Shown here: positions 12,321-24,927 of the stretch, piece after piece
How the letters are laid out: the number at the start of each line of letters is the position of its first letter
Position numbering within the stretch: the stretch's first letter is position 1
Source: the human T2T-CHM13v2.0 reference genome, Homo sapiens
Direction: 5' to 3' (one strand)
Assembly (NCBI RefSeq): GCF_009914755.1
Contig: NC_060934.1
DNA length: 64,000 nucleotides
The notes under the pieces: generated by a model
The model's database searches: none
Seen by the model: only the letters and a program-made list of their open reading frames with translations
What the model was told of the DNA's origin: nothing
Position numbers and translations under genes: made by a program

Positions 12321-13449
12321 TTTTCACGTAGCTCTGTATTATCAGTGTAACTATTCACTATTCACCATAAACCTTTTAAAATGTTGTAACATTAGCCATC
12401 CTTCTAAACACCTACTGAAATATAAGGCCTGTGTACAGTGGGTTGGCTGGGGATAAGTAATTCATTACTGAAAAGGTCTTTAAAGTTTTTCTCATTAAGC
12501 CTTTCATCGTTATGAAGAGCAATCTGCTGTCACGATTCATCAAAGAACCTCCAAGAGCATCGTCATCTAACTTCAAGAATGACTGCACATATATAAATGA
12601 CATTTTAGCTTGCAGACAACATATTATAGTGTTTAAAGTCCCTCCAATAAATAAATAAAAGGTAAATGCTGTATAATTTACCTTTAAGCAAAATTTTACT
12701 TTATAATGTTTCACCTTTAGTCTTTGCTTACTATCTGTATTTATGAACAAATAATTTGGGAAATAGATTTTAAGTCAATTACATCATCTCAAAACACAGA
12801 ACGTCATTAGTGGCAGCAAGATTAACAGAATTCAGTTAATCCCAATACCTGAAAGCAGGAAGGATGGTGGTCTTTTCTCTTATTCTTCCATTATTTTCCA
12901 AATAACGTGTAAAGCCCAGGTCACCTCCACAGTAGCCCACTGCTGTGAGGCACCAATCTGTGTCGTATGGGCAGAGAAATCAGGGTAGGAAACACAGCAG
13001 ACAGCCCTCTGACGTTCTTCCTCTAGAAACACAGACTCTAAATGCACAAGTGGAAATAACGCAGTGGGAGAAGAAGTTTCCAACAGATGTCATCTACTCT
13101 TGTGCCATAATTATTAAAATCATTAATGAGTGAGCTGCTGACTCTCCAAATTATCGTAATCGACCAACTAACTTTAACAAATCCGTCAAGCTTTTCTTGA
13201 AGTTAGACGACGTTCTTGGAGGTTCTTTGATTATTCATGACAGCAGATTGCTCTTCATAATGATGAAAGGCTTAAAGAATAAACTTTAAAGACCTTTTCA
13301 GTAATGAATTACTTATCCCCAGCCAACTCACTGTACACAGGCCTTATAATTCAGTAGGTGTTTAGAAGGATAGTTAATGTTACATTTTAAAAGGTTTCTG
13401 GTGAACAGAGAATAGTTATACTGGTAATACAGATAGAGGTACCTGAAAA
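12321..13449. repeat. Long imperfect inverted repeat: arms 12321-12579 and 13194-13449, spacer 614 nt
   Basis: Manual alignment of arm 1 to the reverse complement of arm 2: about 20 substitutions and about 4 small indels over ~255 nt; perfect 47-bp core 12442-12488 / 13281-13327. Confidence 0.97.
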
Positions 13450-13537
13450 AATAAAGTTCCTCTTTATTTCAAAGTTAGGACTCTTTGTATCACTGGAATT
13501 AAACTGTTCAATCACCTAGTGATACAAGGTAATCGAT

Positions 13538-13880
13538 GGTGGTAGATAATATTATTGTTCCCAATTAGTTGCTGCTTCCTCCTTCTAAGAGGATTATTTG
13601 TCACTGTCTGTTGCTAAGTGACCTGAAGTACTTTTCTCTGAAATGGGCCTACTTCCTTGCCTCATTGACATCAGATTCAGCCAGAGAAATACAACTGGGA
13701 GTGACATTATGCTAGCTCCTAGCAGAAACTTTAAGTGCCACTATCTGGTTTGGCCAGAAGTCTTGTTCTTTTCCCTCTCTTATGAGAACTGCACATTCCA
13801 GGCAGAAGCTACTCCTTCAGCCCAGATCTTAAAATAAAAGAGACACGTGGAGCACACCTGCAGCCAACATGTAAGTTATG
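13538..13880 (+). mobile_element. Old MaLR LTR (MLT1-like) fragment
   Basis: tggtagataatattattgttccc...gacacgtggagcacacctgcagccaacatg typical of MLT1H/I/J. Confidence 0.5.
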
Positions 13881-14969
13881 AGGGCGGTAAGCTTTGGGCT
13901 GGGTGTGTTGGGGAGAGAGGTATGGTGGCTGTGGTGTGCTCCAGTACAGCCAAAAAGAGGGTACATTGCTTTTAGAGACGTTAAAACATTCTCAAATTCC
14001 TTTTTGCCATCACCACGTGCAGACAAATCTGAACAATGTCAGTAGTCACACACTCCTCCTACCCACAGGATGGGCTGTTCTCATCGCCCCCTTCTTGAGT
14101 ACCACTGTGTACAGGACTGAAATGTCAGGGTTGTTGGTTACTGCAGCAAGCTGGCAAAGGGGATTAAAACCTAATATTCTGGCTGGGGCTGTATGTTGCT
14201 TGTGCCACATGTACTCTATTTGATCTTCCTATTGAGAGCAGTCTATATTTTCCTCTTGTGTCTTCCCTCATGCTATCCAGTAACTCTGACCTTAACAATG
14301 TAAGCTGCACATGGAGGAATCTCCACATACGCAGACTTCATGTTTCCTATGAAAATTAATGCTTAAGAAGATTACTGAAACTGTGTCTACTCAATACCAA
14401 TAATTTAATCTTGGGAGGCTTGGATTAGTATGAACAAAAAGTGAGGGCCCCCAACCAATCCTACCTCGTTTTCTACAATTTTAAACAAGGTTTGCATGAT
14501 TACAAATTAGTCACAGTACTCACATTTATAATTTAAAATTTTATCACAGCTGTGCAGAGAAGCTTTGACTGTTGATTCAGAAGGCTGCTCTACTTCCATG
14601 AATTTGCTTTACATTCATGCCACGGATATTCCTGTTTAGCTTTCCATATCAAGACAGACTTTCATATAGTAAGGACAATTTGTAAATAAATGTGATTATT
14701 CAAGCTGGTCCTACAGCTGATCGTCAACCTTTGGTTTCATCTTAATATCCTAGCACAACTAGTATGGTTTAGCTATCATCTACCAATTACTATTCCCCAA
14801 ACACAGTATTAACTTTCCCATTATAACACTACATCTATACAGCTTTCACTTCATATCAGTCTCAAAGTTACCATGTCCTTTCATTCAAGTATAATCTTTT
14901 CTACACCTACTTCTTCCCTCTTCCAGGGTCTACTCTACTCTAGCAGAATGAGTTGTTTTCTTAAGGGAG

Positions 14970-15220
14970 GGAAGTAGTTAAATGCATAGCTCAGAAGTCA
15001 GAAGACTGGAGTTTAAATCCTGCCTTGGTACTCACTAGTATCTAACTTTGGAGATGTCATTTTTCTCACTGGCCCCAGACTGTAACATGCAGATGAAAAC
15101 GGCACGCAGCTCACAGGGTTGGTTTGAGGATTAAATGAGGAATGCTCCTGAGATGATTAATTAGCATACTGCCTAACATACAGACAACATTCAGTAAACA
15201 CTCACAGTAAACTATTACCA
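14970..15220 (+). mobile_element. MIR
   Basis: gtagttaa...gaagtcagaagactggagtttaaatcc...gaggattaaatgag. Confidence 0.7.
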
Positions 15221-18200
15221 TGTATTATTAATCCTTACGTTCCAACAGTACTTACCACAATACTGAATGTGTGTGACAGTAGGTAGTGTGGGAAATCAGT
15301 TAGTGCCACAAGAAGGAAGGAAGTTGGAAGAAAGAACAGGAGCAACAAGAGAGTAGGAGAATCAGCGGACACAATACGAATGGTGGAAGGTTGGACCAGG
15401 AATGCTGAGCAAGACTTTGATAAGCGTATTCTGGGCAGAGGATAACATAAGCAAAGCATGTGCAAACACACACAATAATCCCCCAAATTAAACTTAGTAA
15501 GACTTAGTGGCGGTCATCTATTAACCATACAAGACCTTTTTTTGTACTCTGCTATCAACTCTACTGGCTATGATTTTTTTCTATCAATTCTGAACAGATA
15601 GCTAGGGGTGTGGGCTTAATGATACTGACTCTTAATTAAAACTCATAGGCTTCATTCCTAACAGAATACTTCTAGGCCCTTCCATCAGTATTTTATCTTT
15701 AGACAATTATTTGGATACTATTGTAAGAGAAAAAGAAAAATTCAGTGGAAAAGAGAGACTTCTTCCAGGAAGGCTGACATCACTGATGACTGAGAAGTAA
15801 TAAGTAAAAGAAAAAGAAAATTCAGGGAAATCACAAAAACCAGAATATACAAATACAGCTGCATAAGGCAAAGAGTACATAAGGGTAACTGATGTTCACT
15901 TGGCTTAAGGAGGCAAGAACATTTATATTTTGAAAGATTTCTGGTCAAAATAATTAAAAATGAAAAGCTTTAGTATTATTGTGGTACAAGTCATTGGCAT
16001 AATCCTAGATGGCTGATGGGGGACAGCCCCAAATTGTGCTAAGCAGGTAGGAAAGAGTTTGTGATTAAAAATTTACATACTTGTAATAATTCAAATCACT
16101 GAGAATAATTAAGCTGTCCAGATGTCTACCCAGACTTTCCAAGTAGTTCAGATAAGAGATTAACTTCAGGATCCTTTAAGTTGTTATTTTAAGGTCTTAA
16201 AAGTCACAGAAGTTATGATTAAACTACAAGAACAAATAATTAGCATTTTCCCTATTTCCTTTCTGTATTAGATGAGGCACGAAATCTCAATATATGCACA
16301 AACTCCAGAATTTACTTAAGATAAAAGGATGAGGTAACTAAACTGCAATAAAACACAAAATGCCAACTGTGAATTTTCTTGGAAGAGTAAACGTATAAAG
16401 CACCACTTTACAGCTTTTCCTTAACACCGTTTTATTACATGCAGAGAAATGTCGATGTAGAACTGTCCAGTTTTTAAACACCTAAGAGAGAAAGGCTCTA
16501 ACAGTTCACCGCAGTGTTTTTCCTGTTACACCAAGGAGTAATAAAAGCAGCTTGTGCTGTAGAAATAATTCTCCCTACATTCCCAGTAACAGATCCCACT
16601 GGAAGAACAATGTCAGCTCACACAGCAACAGTTAAATAATTTTTTCCTCCTTAGCATTAAATTCAGTTTCTTTATATGAACAGTTCTGTCATGGATATTC
16701 ACGTGTTCATGCCTGACAAGAAAACTGCTTTTATCAAAGGAAAGGTCAAAGGTGAGGTTCCGCACACACATAGAGCCCCTTTATAACCATAAAAGAGAAC
16801 AAAAAAGTGATGTAAAACTCATCTCCCCAACTTCAATGAAGAGTTTAAATGGAGTACCAAGCAAATTAGCCACTGATCTTCTGAAGATGAAACTAGATGC
16901 TATAGGCAGGGTCCAACTATTTTTATACTGGATCAACAGCTGTCACTCCACATTGAGATTCAAATGCACAGTAAAAACAAAAAAGGCATTTATTATGTCT
17001 TCCATTTTATACATTCTAAATTCTAGTAATATTTAAAGTAGATTTTCAGATTTAAAGTGCCCATTTTGAATTTGCATTGAAAATTAATTTCCTAATTAGT
17101 TCCCAATTCGAGGGAAATTAAGAAAGTGACCCAAATAAATTATTCTTAAAACCCAAGTATAAAAATAAAAGATGAAGAATCAATGAGGAAAACGATGGTT
17201 AGGGAGAAAATAGAGGACAAATGCCCTAATGTTTGAACACTTAAATAATTATGGATTATTATGAAAGACCTGACTCCTAACATATTTGACATATTACAAA
17301 ACAAATGTTACACAGCCTTCATCTAATAAGAGCTAGTTTTTTCTTCTGAAATTAAGGAAAAACAATTCAAAAAGTTTAAGTTCTGTATTCCTTAAGCGTC
17401 TACTTTTCAAAATACATTTCTTTTTACCTGTGCAGTAGGTTCGCATGTTTTCAAGTAACCTCAATGAAAGTGCCATGATACGATTTCTGAAGACCCATGC
17501 CTACAGGGCACATTCTGTCTCCATGTACAGACCTTTGTTCTGCCACAGTTCAGATGACCTGCTTGGAAAGTTCTCCATCGTACTTAATAGGAATTAAGTT
17601 TCCCTCTTTGAAGAGGTCCATTTACGTACTGCATTTCACCTCACCCGTATCCTCTTATTAGAAGTTCTGTGGGAACCCTGCTGCTTGATGACTCTGCAGT
17701 TCCTATAAGGTTCCTGAAGTTAGATTCTGTGATATTCTCCCTCAGTAGTAACTACAAAAATCTCATTTACATAGGGTGGCTTAGATGCATTTCTCACAAC
17801 CAGACTCCTTAGGATACTATGTCAAGGAGTACAATAACAGTTTTGTTGTTTGACAGAGACAGAGGGTTAGTAGGAAAAGATGACTCTTTCTATATCAGAC
17901 AGAAAATATGATTTATAAAACATGGTGGTTTAAATTTAAAAACTTAAAATTATATTTCTTCATGAAAGAAATGTTATAAATGATCAACCTGAACATTTTT
18001 ACAACCTCTTCATAAAATTATTAAATTTATTTTTAATGATGATTCTCAAGTAAAACTGACTTGTGAAAAATCTCTTTTAATCCTACAAAATGTGTTGGAT
18101 GATTATAGGTCAGGAAGAGGGCACCAGTACAATTAAAAAGGTAAATTCTGGGTCACTGGATATATCAAATATAAAGTGATAAGTTCATTAAGTAAATACT

Positions 18201-18659
18201 TTGGCACTGAAAATTAAAATCATGAACCTATACTAGTGCCCTTTAAAAAAATTATATTTAATTACTTTAAGTCCTAAAAGTAAATTGTTCATTTCAAAAA
18301 CAAAAACAGATAGTTAAGAGGTTATTTCACTGGACAGAAGCAATTTTCTTAACCATCCTCAAATCATGAAAGTAAATTTTGAACATGTTACAGCATATAG
18401 GTAGTTTCACAAAGCTTATTTGTAAATACTCATGACAGCTGTTTCTATTCAATAATACGGGTGGTTTGAATTGGTCAGGTAGGATAGCAAAAGCTAGTTT
18501 TTCTATTTGCCCTCCATGTAAGATAGAGATCTATTGAATTCTGATGATCCAAGACTATTCAGCCATCTTAAGCACACCTCCCGACCCCCAACTTATCAAG
18601 TAATAACATGGTCATCTCACAATTTTTTTAAGATGGATCTACAGTGTGTTCTATAATGT

Positions 18660-18800
18660 ATTTGGTCAACAAAAAGTCATTGAGCACCTACACTATGCCT
18701 GGCACTGCTCTAGGACCTGGCAAACAGTAGGTGACAAAACACAAAAATCCTGCCATCACAGAGCTTACTACAGAGAGAGACAGATAATATAGAAAACAAG
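18660..18800 (-). mobile_element. L2 3' fragment
   Basis: caacaaa..attgagcacctac.atgcctggcactgctctagg. Confidence 0.6.
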
Positions 18801-18814
18801 TAAATATACAGGAC

Positions 18815-19070
18815 GAATCTAGTACCCAGAATATATTAAAAAACTCTTATAACTCAATAACAAAAAGACAAACAACCCAATTAAAAAACAGGCGAAGGAC
18901 CTGAACAGACGTTTATCCAAAGAACGTCTAGAAGTGGACAACAATCACATAAAAAGATGCTCATTAGTCATTAGGGAAATGCAAATCAAAATTACAATTA
19001 CCACTTAACACCCACTAGGATGATTATAATAATAATTTTAATGATCCAGTATTGGCAAAGATGTGGAAAA
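18815..19070 (+). mobile_element. L1 (L1M) fragment, ORF2 3' end
   Basis: acaaacaacccaattaaaaa...gacctgaacagac...cattagggaaatgcaaatcaaaa. Confidence 0.8.
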
Positions 19071-19945
19071 ATTCAGTTTTCAAACTCTGCCAATTATTTT
19101 GATAATGCAAATGAACACGGGCCACAAGCTTCGACTTCTAAAGGAAAGCAGGTTAGGAATAAGGGTAGAGAAGAAAAGAAAAAACAACTCAATAAGAAAA
19201 TCAAGTCAAATTTAAATAAACATAATTCACAATAAAACCGAAGTTGAAATGTCAAAGATTTTTTTTCTGAGAAAGAAAAATGCTATAATTTTAAAACTTA
19301 GCCAATATACTATACTACTTTCATCATATTTAATCGCTGAGACCTTAGTTCATCCTGTATATAAATATACCAAAATATATTTTTTGAAAAATTTACTTAC
19401 AAAATTTAGAAAAAGGAGCCAAAGCCATCAACCACTTGCCATCACAGTATTTTCAGTGCTAGTCATGAGACTATGTATAGATTAATATTTCTGAAAATTT
19501 TGGAAGTGATATTCACTTCTAACACAACACAAACACAAATTATTCCAAAACTGCAATGTATTTAAAGCAGTGGTATATGTATTTGAATGTCACTGATTAA
19601 CAATACTTTTAAATCATGAAAAATGAATAGAACTCAAAACTGCTACTATTTAAGAAAATGTCAATTTGTGCTTCATCTTACCTATAATATAGTTAACATT
19701 ACTCATAATTTTTGCCCAAAGCCACTAATTTGCTTCAGGAAAAAAAATAACATATGTGCACTTTCTCCTTATTACTAGGGTCTAATACATGAAGCTTTCA
19801 TTCCTACAAAAATTTAATTACATGTGTACAGAACATATAAAACTAGTATTTATAACCTAAAACTTCAGAATAAAACTTTCTAATTAGATGCTTAATTCAG
19901 TTTTCCATGTACATTTGCAATAATGCTTAATTTTTCATTTTTTAA

Positions 19946-20252
19946 ATTTTTTTATTATTTTTATTTTTTTTGAGATGGAGTCTTGCTCCTTCACCCAGGT
20001 TGGAGTGAAGTGGCACAATCTCAGCTCACTGCAACCTCCGTCCCCTGGGTTCAAGTGATTCTCCTGCCTCAGCCTCCTGAGTAGCTGGGATTACAGGTGC
20101 CCAGCACCACGCCTGGGTAATTTTTGTATTCTTAGTAGAGATGGGTTTTGCCATGTTGGCCAGGCTGGTCTCGAACTCCTGACCTCACGTGATTCACCTG
20201 CCTCGGCCTCCCAAAGTGTTAGGATTACAGGCATGAGCCCCTGCGCCCGGCC
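19946..20252 (-). mobile_element. Alu (AluSx-like)
   Basis: Reverse Alu consensus. Confidence 0.95.
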
Positions 20253-20899
20253 AATTCTTGATTTATTCTATAAATTTCAATGTTCTATAATTTCTGGGAA
20301 ATAGTATAATTATCCCTTCTCAATTATTCATGTGTTAAATATTACTCACAACATCTTTTACTTTATTAATTCACTTAACACATTATCTTTTTACCCCATA
20401 CAGAAGGTTAAATTCAATACAGCTTCTGATATTTTACTCTATCTTAGCTATCACATTTCTGCCTTCCTACCCATGCAATATTAGAAAAGTTTTTAATTCC
20501 TCTATGGACTGGTTCCTTTGGCATAAAGAATAGATGTGGGTCAAAGGATTCTGACAGCTCTCACTAGTGCTAAATTTAAATTTAAAAACTAAGCAGTTTC
20601 TACGTGGTGCATCAGTCTACATAACAGATTGTCTCCCATCACTGCTCTTTGGAGGGAAATACAAGAAGAAAGTCATGTCAGAGAAGCTACAGCATAGCTC
20701 TCCACATGCCTGTCTGAGAGGTACCTCTTATTTCCCCAATCCCACTTATTACGTGATGTGCATACAGTGAACAAATTGCTTTAATAACAAGCAGTTACAT
20801 TCAACAACAGCAAAGCTGCTAAGTACACATTTTCTAAAGCTCTAAGATCTAATCATTAGCCACACCTATCTTATTAGACATTTCTACCCCTCCGCTGCC

Positions 20900-21700
20900 A
20901 ATCCAATCCATCACCCAGTCCTGTCATTCTACCTCAGGAGTAAATCTCTGAAATCCATGCACTTTTTTCCTCTCTACCTCACTACTCTGGACCAAATTGT
21001 ACTCTTTGCTTACCTGAAATAGAACTAGAGAAGTCTTTTTTACCTATTCCCTGGGTTATCCTTCAATATATCCATTCTCCACAATTAGCTAGAGTTATCT
21101 TTTACAAATGTGAATTTAATCCTGTTCCCTTCCTTCCCACCTCCCCCAAAACTACTCCCACTACCAATTTTTAACAAGTCTAGTTGTCCTAACTCTTAGT
21201 ATCAAAGAGTAACATGGCCTGCTATTCTTCCAGCTTCATCTTACACCTTGTCCCCCTAATTCTCAGTGCTCCCTCCAGCCCTTGTCTTTCAGTTTGTTCT
21301 CACCCAAGTTCATCTGTCTGTCTGTCCTTCTTTCTTCAGGCATGAATTTGCTCTATTTGTCATGTAGAGAATGCTCTTTCCCCTCTCTTCCTCTGGTTTA
21401 ATCTGATACCTCAGGTTCTCATTTTAGGCATCAATTTTTTAAGTAAACATCCCAATTTTCCAAAACTACAATAAATTCTTACAGCATTATGGACCTGTGC
21501 TTTGTCAGCACTCATCACACTTGTAAATTTATGTGATTATTTATATATCCTTGAGTAACTCAAGGAGAATGTCCGCCTCCATTAAGAACAGACCCATATC
21601 TATTTTTGCTCACCACTGTATTCACAACACCTGGCATAATGCCAGGCACATACTATAATCCAGTAAAAAGCTCATAAATGAGTATATGAATGAATGAAGA
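20900..21700 (+). mobile_element. L2 3' region
   Basis: Pyrimidine-rich L2 motifs ending gctcaccactgta..cacctggcata..aaatg..tgaatgaatgaa. Confidence 0.65.
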
Positions 21701-23677
21701 AACCTGCAACTATTACCACCTTCACCGCATAAGGCACACAAAGAATTCCACTGTTCTTCACAGGCATTTCACAACGCCAAATTACAGACTGCCTTAAAAA
21801 TTATGCAAATAAAATATACTTTTTTACTTAATTGTAACCAGAACAAAGAAGTCAGCACATGAAATACACCAACAAACATATCAGTTTTATAAAAAAAGAC
21901 ATAAATATTTACAAGGAACTGCTGGGGAAAAATTAAAACAATGTTGTTTCAGGCCACTGAATGTATAATAAAGCAAACTCACCAAAACTCAAAAAAAAAA
22001 AAAAAAGAAAAAGAAAAAAGAAAAACCCACAGCCAAAACTGCTTGCTCAAATGCAGAAATGTTAAAGAAGGAATGGCCGAATAATGATTCTTGTTATAAT
22101 TTTAAGAAGAGCGAAATTTCCAGTATTTTTTATGTGGTGAAGACTATATGAACATCAGTTTATATTTAACAAATCTAAAACAGGACTCAATAAATGTGAT
22201 CAAGTATTATTGTTCTTATTTACCATTTAGGTGAACTTCCAGCTTTGTTTTACTTTTATTTCAAGGGGAAAAAACAACTCTTCACTGGGAACTCCTCTTA
22301 AAGGTAACATCTCAAACAATCCAAATTTGACTACTCTAAGAAAGTATCTATAGATACTACACAATGAAGCATCACAATGAGTCGTGTAAAATATTCTTAG
22401 GGGATATAAACGTCACTGGAACCCAAATGCGGGAAATTTGTACAAAAGTTTTATTCATTCAACTAATAATTCCCCCCACCCCTAGTGTGCCAGACTATAT
22501 ACTAGATCCTGAGACTACACAGGTAAGTCTCAAAACAGTAACAATTAGTATAAAATTCAAGAGTTCTACACCCACATGGCAGGAGTTTTTGTGTTTTTCT
22601 CTTAACTCCATGTCTCTAATTCAACACGTTATTGCACATGACAGGGATCTATGAATAAAAAGGTGGGCGAGAGACAGCCCCTGCCCTAGACAAAGTTCAC
22701 TGGCTGCCATGGGACACGCAGAAAACAGTATGGGAATTAGAAACTGTGTGCTGTTTGACACATGCGACAGCACAATGGGCGAGTGCTATGGGAACCACAA
22801 AAGTATCAGGACAGGTAGGAAGAGTGTACTCATAAAAAGAAGGGCCTATTTCACTCTTGGGAACTCCCTCAACATCACTAACTTTTTCAGATAATGTCCT
22901 CAGACTCACAGCTCATTCGACACTGTTCCTTGTATTATACCTTCTGTGAAATCTCTCCTACTGTTCTGACAACAAAATCATTTCTTAAACATCAATTATA
23001 AAATTTAAGATTTAAAATATTGTCATCTTTTATATTCAACACTTTTAGTTTCATATAATTAGTTTTCCTTAAAGAATAAGGTTGCAGACAAACATGATTA
23101 AAAATTGGTTTGAAAATACATTTTTGTGTGTAAGTCAGAATTAATTTTCTTTTATGGTAATTTATAAAATGAAATCCTCACTCAGGAATTAGTAATTGTC
23201 AGTTTTTGTAGTTCACATTGTGCTTTTTAACTTCCTCTCTCTACTTCAGGAAGGAAATAAATAGCAAAAGCTTTCAAACTAAATGCAATGTATCAGTAAC
23301 TCTGTACTTTTAGCATTTAATTTTAAAGCTTTCCGTGCTTGAGAAAAGGCAATTATGTATCTTGCTCTATAACCCCTATCTGGACTTTTGCCAACACAAT
23401 AAAAGTAAATACAGTAAGACATAATTACATTCACGAAACTTAGCATTGTCAATTCAGACTAGAGTATAATTTATACCACTTGTACTTTCTACAGAAACAA
23501 ATAATAAACTTTCATTGACTATACATGCTCAAAAAGCTCAAGGAGTAATCAGGAAAGCACATCACAATGAAGAAACCTCTAAAATACAATTCTGTATCTT
23601 CCTACGAACATTCAGCAACCTATCAAGTTACCTATGATCCCAGAGATGTTTAACGTATGTTTCTTGAATACTAAAAA

Positions 23678-23705
23678 TGATGATGATGATGATGATGACG
23701 ATGAC
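23678..23705 (+). repeat. (ATG)n trinucleotide microsatellite at the end of a MIR (MIR ~23706-23910, minus)
   Basis: atgatgatgatgatgatgatgacgatgac. Confidence 0.85.
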
Positions 23706-23964
23706 CACAGCTAAAATTTACTCAGCATTTAATTTGTACTAGGCACTGCTAAATACTTTGTATTTAAGCCTGACAACAATTCTAAAAGCTAGGTACTATT
23801 ATGAATCCCTATTTTAAAGACACAGGAAAGGGGGCTGAGAGATGTTAAGAAGTGGCAAGGCTGGGATTAAAACCAAAGTCGTCTGAGGCCAAAGCTCTTA
23901 ACCACTCAATTGTGGAAAAACATGATATACAGATTATAGTTGAGATTTAAAAATAGCTTTGTTA

Positions 23965-24343
<379 letters not shown>

Positions 24344-24846
24344 TCAGCTATTTCAATATTGTAATCAGGTATATATTAAAATTGTGGGAAGTATTCCATC
24401 TTAAAAGAGCATTTGACTTTAATACCATTGAATTATTAATAGATTTTAAAATTTTTTCAAAGGAGATGCTGTAATTAAAACATTTTATATCATGTATCAT
24501 CTAAGTTAAATAAATCTTTTATCCTACTTACAAAAAAAGCAATCTAAAACTTTAAAATTCAATTGTTTTCTCTATAACACAAGTGATTTCTGAAAAAAAT
24601 CAAAAGCTAAAGCTCTAAAGAAAGAAGAAGAAATTATAACTAAATCATGATAGATTTTGATTAAAAGATTCCAGATTTAGAGCACGAAAACAGTATGTTC
24701 TTCAGTATTAGTTTTTGAGATTTTTGAACAATTCATTTGTTGTGGGAATAGACTGAAGTTTGCACAAAGATCCAAACCAAATATGAACTTATAATACTTG
24801 TTTGCCTGATGTCATAACTTAAAAAAAAATCCTGCTATAAGCATAC

Positions 24847-24927
24847 CTTGGCAAAAAATACGGTGAGGTGAGTCTCACTGCCAACAATCCAAATAGGGAA
24901 TTTTGGAGATTTCAAGTAAGAACCAAC
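24847..24927 (-). CDS. MINDY3: MINDY3 coding exon 10 (81 nt): VGSYLKSPKFPIWIVGSETHLTVFFAK, contains catalytic His287
   Basis: gttctag|GTTGGT...GCCAAG|gtatgc; PIWIVGSETH motif. Confidence 0.96.

Noticed and set aside
12412-12750. 112-aa ORF overlapping the left arm of the inverted repeat
   Set aside because: No recognisable homology, non-ATG start, and the mirror arm has indels; most likely incidental.
17428-17750. GC-richer stretch ending in a minus-strand CAG|gtaaaa donor
   Set aside because: I could not pair it with a convincing acceptor or identify a parent gene.
24837-24846. Intron 10 donor gtatgcttat resembling a U12 donor
   Set aside because: It is not GTATCCTT and there is no TCCTTAAC branch site before exon 11; treated as U2-type.
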